A stretch of 26,159 nucleotides of DNA, taken from assembly GCA_044221915.1 (NCBI GenBank), contig JBGAOF010000001.1, positions 1-26,159 on the forward strand, written 5' to 3'. Under the pieces are notes generated by a model. The model saw only the letters and a list, made by a program, of their open reading frames with translations, was not told where the DNA came from and made no database searches. Numbering within the stretch: position 1 is the stretch's first letter; each line of letters opens with the position of its first letter. Of the stretch, positions 23,935 to 26,159 are shown piece after piece. Source of the DNA: Solirubrobacterales bacterium (GTDB lineage Bacteria; Actinomycetota; Thermoleophilia; Solirubrobacterales; 70-9). The position numbers and the translations under genes are program-made.

Positions 23935-24680
23935 AGATGGCTCACGGCAAGCGTTTCCGCCAGCAGTTCCAGAAGGTCCAGCGTGACCACGTTTACCCGC
24001 CCGATGAGGCGATCAACCTGATCAAGGAGACTGCCTCCGCGGGTTTCGACGAGACGGTCGAGGTCCACATTCGGCTTGGGGTGAACGTCCGCCACGCCGA
24101 GGAGCAGCTCCGCGGCACCCTGGCACTGCCCAACGGGCTCGGCAAGGATGTGCGGGTTGCGGTCTTCGCCCAGGGCGACAAGGCCCGTGACGCAGAGGCA
24201 GCCGGAGCCGACATCGTCGGTGCCGATGATCTCGCGGAAAAGATCGAAGGTGGCTTCGACGAGTTCGACGTGGTCATCGCTACCCCCGACATGATGCCGA
24301 CGGTCGGCCGGCTGGGCCGTGTGCTCGGCCCGTCCGGAAAGATGCCGAACCCGAAGGTCGGCACGGTCACCGAGGATGTCGAGAAGGCAGTCGCTGAATC
24401 CAAGGCCGGCAAGGTCGAGTACCGCACTGACCGCCAGGCGATCGTCCACCTGGCCATCGGCAAGGCTTCTTTCGAGGCGGAAAAGCTGCTTGAGAATTAC
24501 GCCGCAGTGATGGACGAAATCACCAAGGCCAAGCCCGCGTCGGCCAAGGGCCGCTATGTCATCTCGATCTCCGTCTCCACGACGATGGGCCCGGGTATTG
24601 CGGTGGATCCGGCCCGGGCGACCGAAGCCGACATCATCCCCGGCCAGGCCGGGGAAGAAGCCAGCCAGGCCGCTGCCTGA
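23931..24680 (+). CDS. rplA: 50S ribosomal protein L1
   Basis: [13 protein letters not shown]...[12 protein letters not shown]...[19 protein letters not shown]...STTMGPG. Start is GTG 23931 (GTGA overlap) or ATG 23937. Confidence 0.99.
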   Translation: MKMAHGKRFRQQFQKVQRDHVYPPDEAINLIKETASAGFDETVEVHIRLGVNVRHAEEQLRGTLALPNGLGKDVRVAVFAQGDKARDAEAAGADIVGADDLAEKIEGGFDEFDVVIATPDMMPTVGRLGRVLGPSGKMPNPKVGTVTEDVEKAVAESKAGKVEYRTDRQAIVHLAIGKASFEAEKLLENYAAVMDEITKAKPASAKGRYVISISVSTTMGPGIAVDPARATEADIIPGQAGEEASQAAA

Positions 24681-24725
24681 CGGCGGGCCCCGGCCATTCC
24701 CGAAAACCTGTAAAGTCACGCCTCT

Positions 24726-24832
24726 GCCGTAGACCGCTGGTCGGGCGATAGCCCGTAATTCCCAGCGCAGGTGAGCCGGAGCGGCCAGTTGTGGTCACTT
24801 CTCCTGCCCGCCTCTGAGCGGGTTTTTTGTTT
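24726..24832 (+). promoter_or_regulatory. L10 leader (rplJ autoregulatory RNA) followed by a terminator-like hairpin
   Basis: CCGTAGAC-CGCTGG...TAATT...CCAGCG-CAGGT with helix 24735-24740/24762-24767 and inner hairpin CGGGC-GATA-GCCCG, matching the recalled L10_leader pattern. It is followed by CCCGC-CTCTGA-GCGGG-TTTTTTGTTT. A -10-like TAAAGT lies at 24711-24716. Confidence 0.75.
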
Positions 24833-24884
24833 GCCCGGGCTGTCTGCGACAGGGAATCGTCAGACAAAAACAAGTCAGGCAAAA

Positions 24885-25604
24885 ATGAACCGTGAAGAAA
24901 AAGCCGCGCTGATCGAAGAGATCGGTGCCGAGATCGAATCATCTGAAGCGATCTTCGCCGTGGACTACCGGGGGATCTCGGTAACCCAGGCGGCTGAGCT
25001 GCGCACTGAGCTCCGCAAGTCGGATGCGACCTTCAAGGTCGTGAAGAACCGGCTCACCAAGCTCGCTGCGGAGAAGGCAGGTGCCACGGAGCTGAACGAA
25101 CTGCTCCAGGGCCCGACGGCGCTCACCTTCGTCAAGGGCGACACCGCCTCTGCCGCGAAGGCGATCACCACCTTCAACAAGGAGCATGAGGTGCTCACCT
25201 ACAAGGGTGGGCTAATGGGCGAAACGATCCTCGACGAGGGCCGTTTCACCGCAATCTCGAAGCTCCCTTCCCGCGATGTTCTCAACGGTCAGCTGGCCGG
25301 CATGGTCGCCAGCCCGCTGGTCACCCTCACCCGTGGCCTGGGGTCAATGATCTCCGGCCTGGCGATCGCCCTCCAGCAGGTGGCCGATCAGGGTCTTGTT
25401 GGTGGCAGCGCCGAGGTATCGAAGGAAGAAGCTCCCGCCGCAGAGGCCGCCGCCGACGAGGCTCCGGCCGAGGAAGCCGCTGAAGAACCCGCCGCAGAAG
25501 AAGCCACGGCCGATGAGGTCGCTGAAGAACCCGCTGCAGACGAAGCTCCGGCCGATGAGGCTGAAGCGGAAGACAAAGCTGAATCAGAAGAAAACGAGGA
25601 GTAA
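24885..25604 (+). CDS. rplJ: 50S ribosomal protein L10 with long acidic C-terminal tail
   Basis: MNREEKAALIEEI...DYRGISVTQAAELRTELR...VVKNRLTKLA...GPTALTF...KGGLM...ISKLPSRDVL. ATG 24885 is preferred because the track start at 24771 lies inside the leader RNA. Confidence 0.98.
   Translation: MNREEKAALIEEIGAEIESSEAIFAVDYRGISVTQAAELRTELRKSDATFKVVKNRLTKLAAEKAGATELNELLQGPTALTFVKGDTASAAKAITTFNKEHEVLTYKGGLMGETILDEGRFTAISKLPSRDVLNGQLAGMVASPLVTLTRGLGSMISGLAIALQQVADQGLVGGSAEVSKEEAPAAEAAADEAPAEEAAEEPAAEEATADEVAEEPAADEAPADEAEAEDKAESEENEE
25478..25561 (+). repeat. In-frame 42-bp tandem duplication in the rplJ acidic tail
   Basis: Units 25478-25519 and 25520-25561 are 37/42 identical and encode AEEPAAEEATADEV and AEEPAADEAPADEA. 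Confidence 0.85.
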
Positions 25605-25610
25605 CCAGAA

Positions 25611-26000
25611 ATGGCAACCAGCACCGAAGAATGGATTGAAGAGCTCAAGGGCATCAGCGTCCTCGAGCTGAGCGAGCGCATCAAGGCTCTCGAAGAGGAA
25701 TTTGGCGTTTCGGCCACGGCAGTTGCCGCGGCCGCACCCGCGGCCGGCGCTGCCGGTGGAGATGCCGGCGACGCCGGTGACGAAGGCAGCTCGACTGTTG
25801 ATGTCGTGCTGACCGAAGTCGGGGACAAGAAAGTTCCGGTCATCAAGGTTGTGCGGGCGGCTACCGGACTCGGCCTCAAGGAGGCCAAGGCTCTGGTCGA
25901 CGAGGCACCGAAGCCGGTCAAGGAAGGCGTCGAAAAGGACGAGGCCGAGAAGCTCAAGGCCGAACTCGAGGAAGCCGGCGCTACCGTCGAACTCAAGTAG
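25611..26000 (+). CDS. rplL: 50S ribosomal protein L7/L12
   Basis: [21 protein letters not shown]...[35 protein letters not shown]...[11 protein letters not shown]. Confidence 0.99.
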   Translation: MATSTEEWIEELKGISVLELSERIKALEEEFGVSATAVAAAAPAAGAAGGDAGDAGDEGSSTVDVVLTEVGDKKVPVIKVVRAATGLGLKEAKALVDEAPKPVKEGVEKDEAEKLKAELEEAGATVELK

Positions 26001-26033
26001 GAACGTCCGTTGGGGAGGATCTCCCCGGGATTT

Positions 26034-26070
26034 CGACCGAGGGCCGCGGATGCGGCCCTCGGTCGTTTTC
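26034..26070 (+). terminator. Intrinsic terminator after rplL
   Basis: Perfect 14-bp stem CGACCGAGGGCCGC-GGAT-GCGGCCCTCGGTCG followed by TTTT. A smaller hairpin GGGGAG-GAT-CTCCCC precedes it at 26012-26026. Confidence 0.85.
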
Positions 26071-26159
26071 AGGGTCAGAGACCACGGAATGCCTCGCTCG
26101 ATAGACGTGAACGTTCGAGTCCTGCCGTCCAGGTCTCTGAACATTCATGTACACTGGCT

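Noticed and set aside
22401-24884. Longer N-termini given by the ORF track for secE (22401), nusG (22823) and rplJ (24771)
   Set aside because: They overlap rpmG, secE or the L10 leader, lack an RBS and add non-homologous residues.

Overview
GC-rich bacterial chromosome window, most likely Thermoleophilia/Solirubrobacterales (Actinomycetota). The lineage is inferred from my recall of the L33, SecE and NusG sequence styles, not from a search. The window has three parts. (1) 1-3540: a minus-strand PspC envelope-stress pair (a PspC plus LiaF/Toastrack-like membrane protein, then a PspC-fused HisKA_3 kinase that runs off the left edge and is missing from the ORF track), a divergent MerR regulator and tRNA-Thr(GGT). 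(2) 3541-22270: an ~18.7 kb block of co-oriented cell-surface genes. It encodes a membrane-anchored cupredoxin-like protein, a bitopic unknown protein coupled to a GT-C-like polytopic membrane protein, and three giant secreted repeat proteins (~1240, ~1570 and ~1960 aa). Each giant has a Sec signal, a distinct N-terminal tip domain, an acidic stalk of two-Cys Ig-like repeats and a strongly basic two-Cys C-terminal domain, with no LPXTG, SLH or TM anchor. (3) 22273-26000: rpmG-secE-nusG-rplK-rplA-(L10 leader)-rplJ-rplL. The main hypothesis is a sortase-independent surface display and glycosylation locus lying between tRNA-Thr and rpmG. Other notable signals are two probable CTG starts at CTGA overlaps, the same AAAGGGAGA 9-mer upstream of all three giant genes, an isopeptide triad kept in only 2 of 9 DUF11 repeats, and long charged extensions on SecE and L10. 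No integrase, transposase or CRISPR array was seen. All counts are manual.
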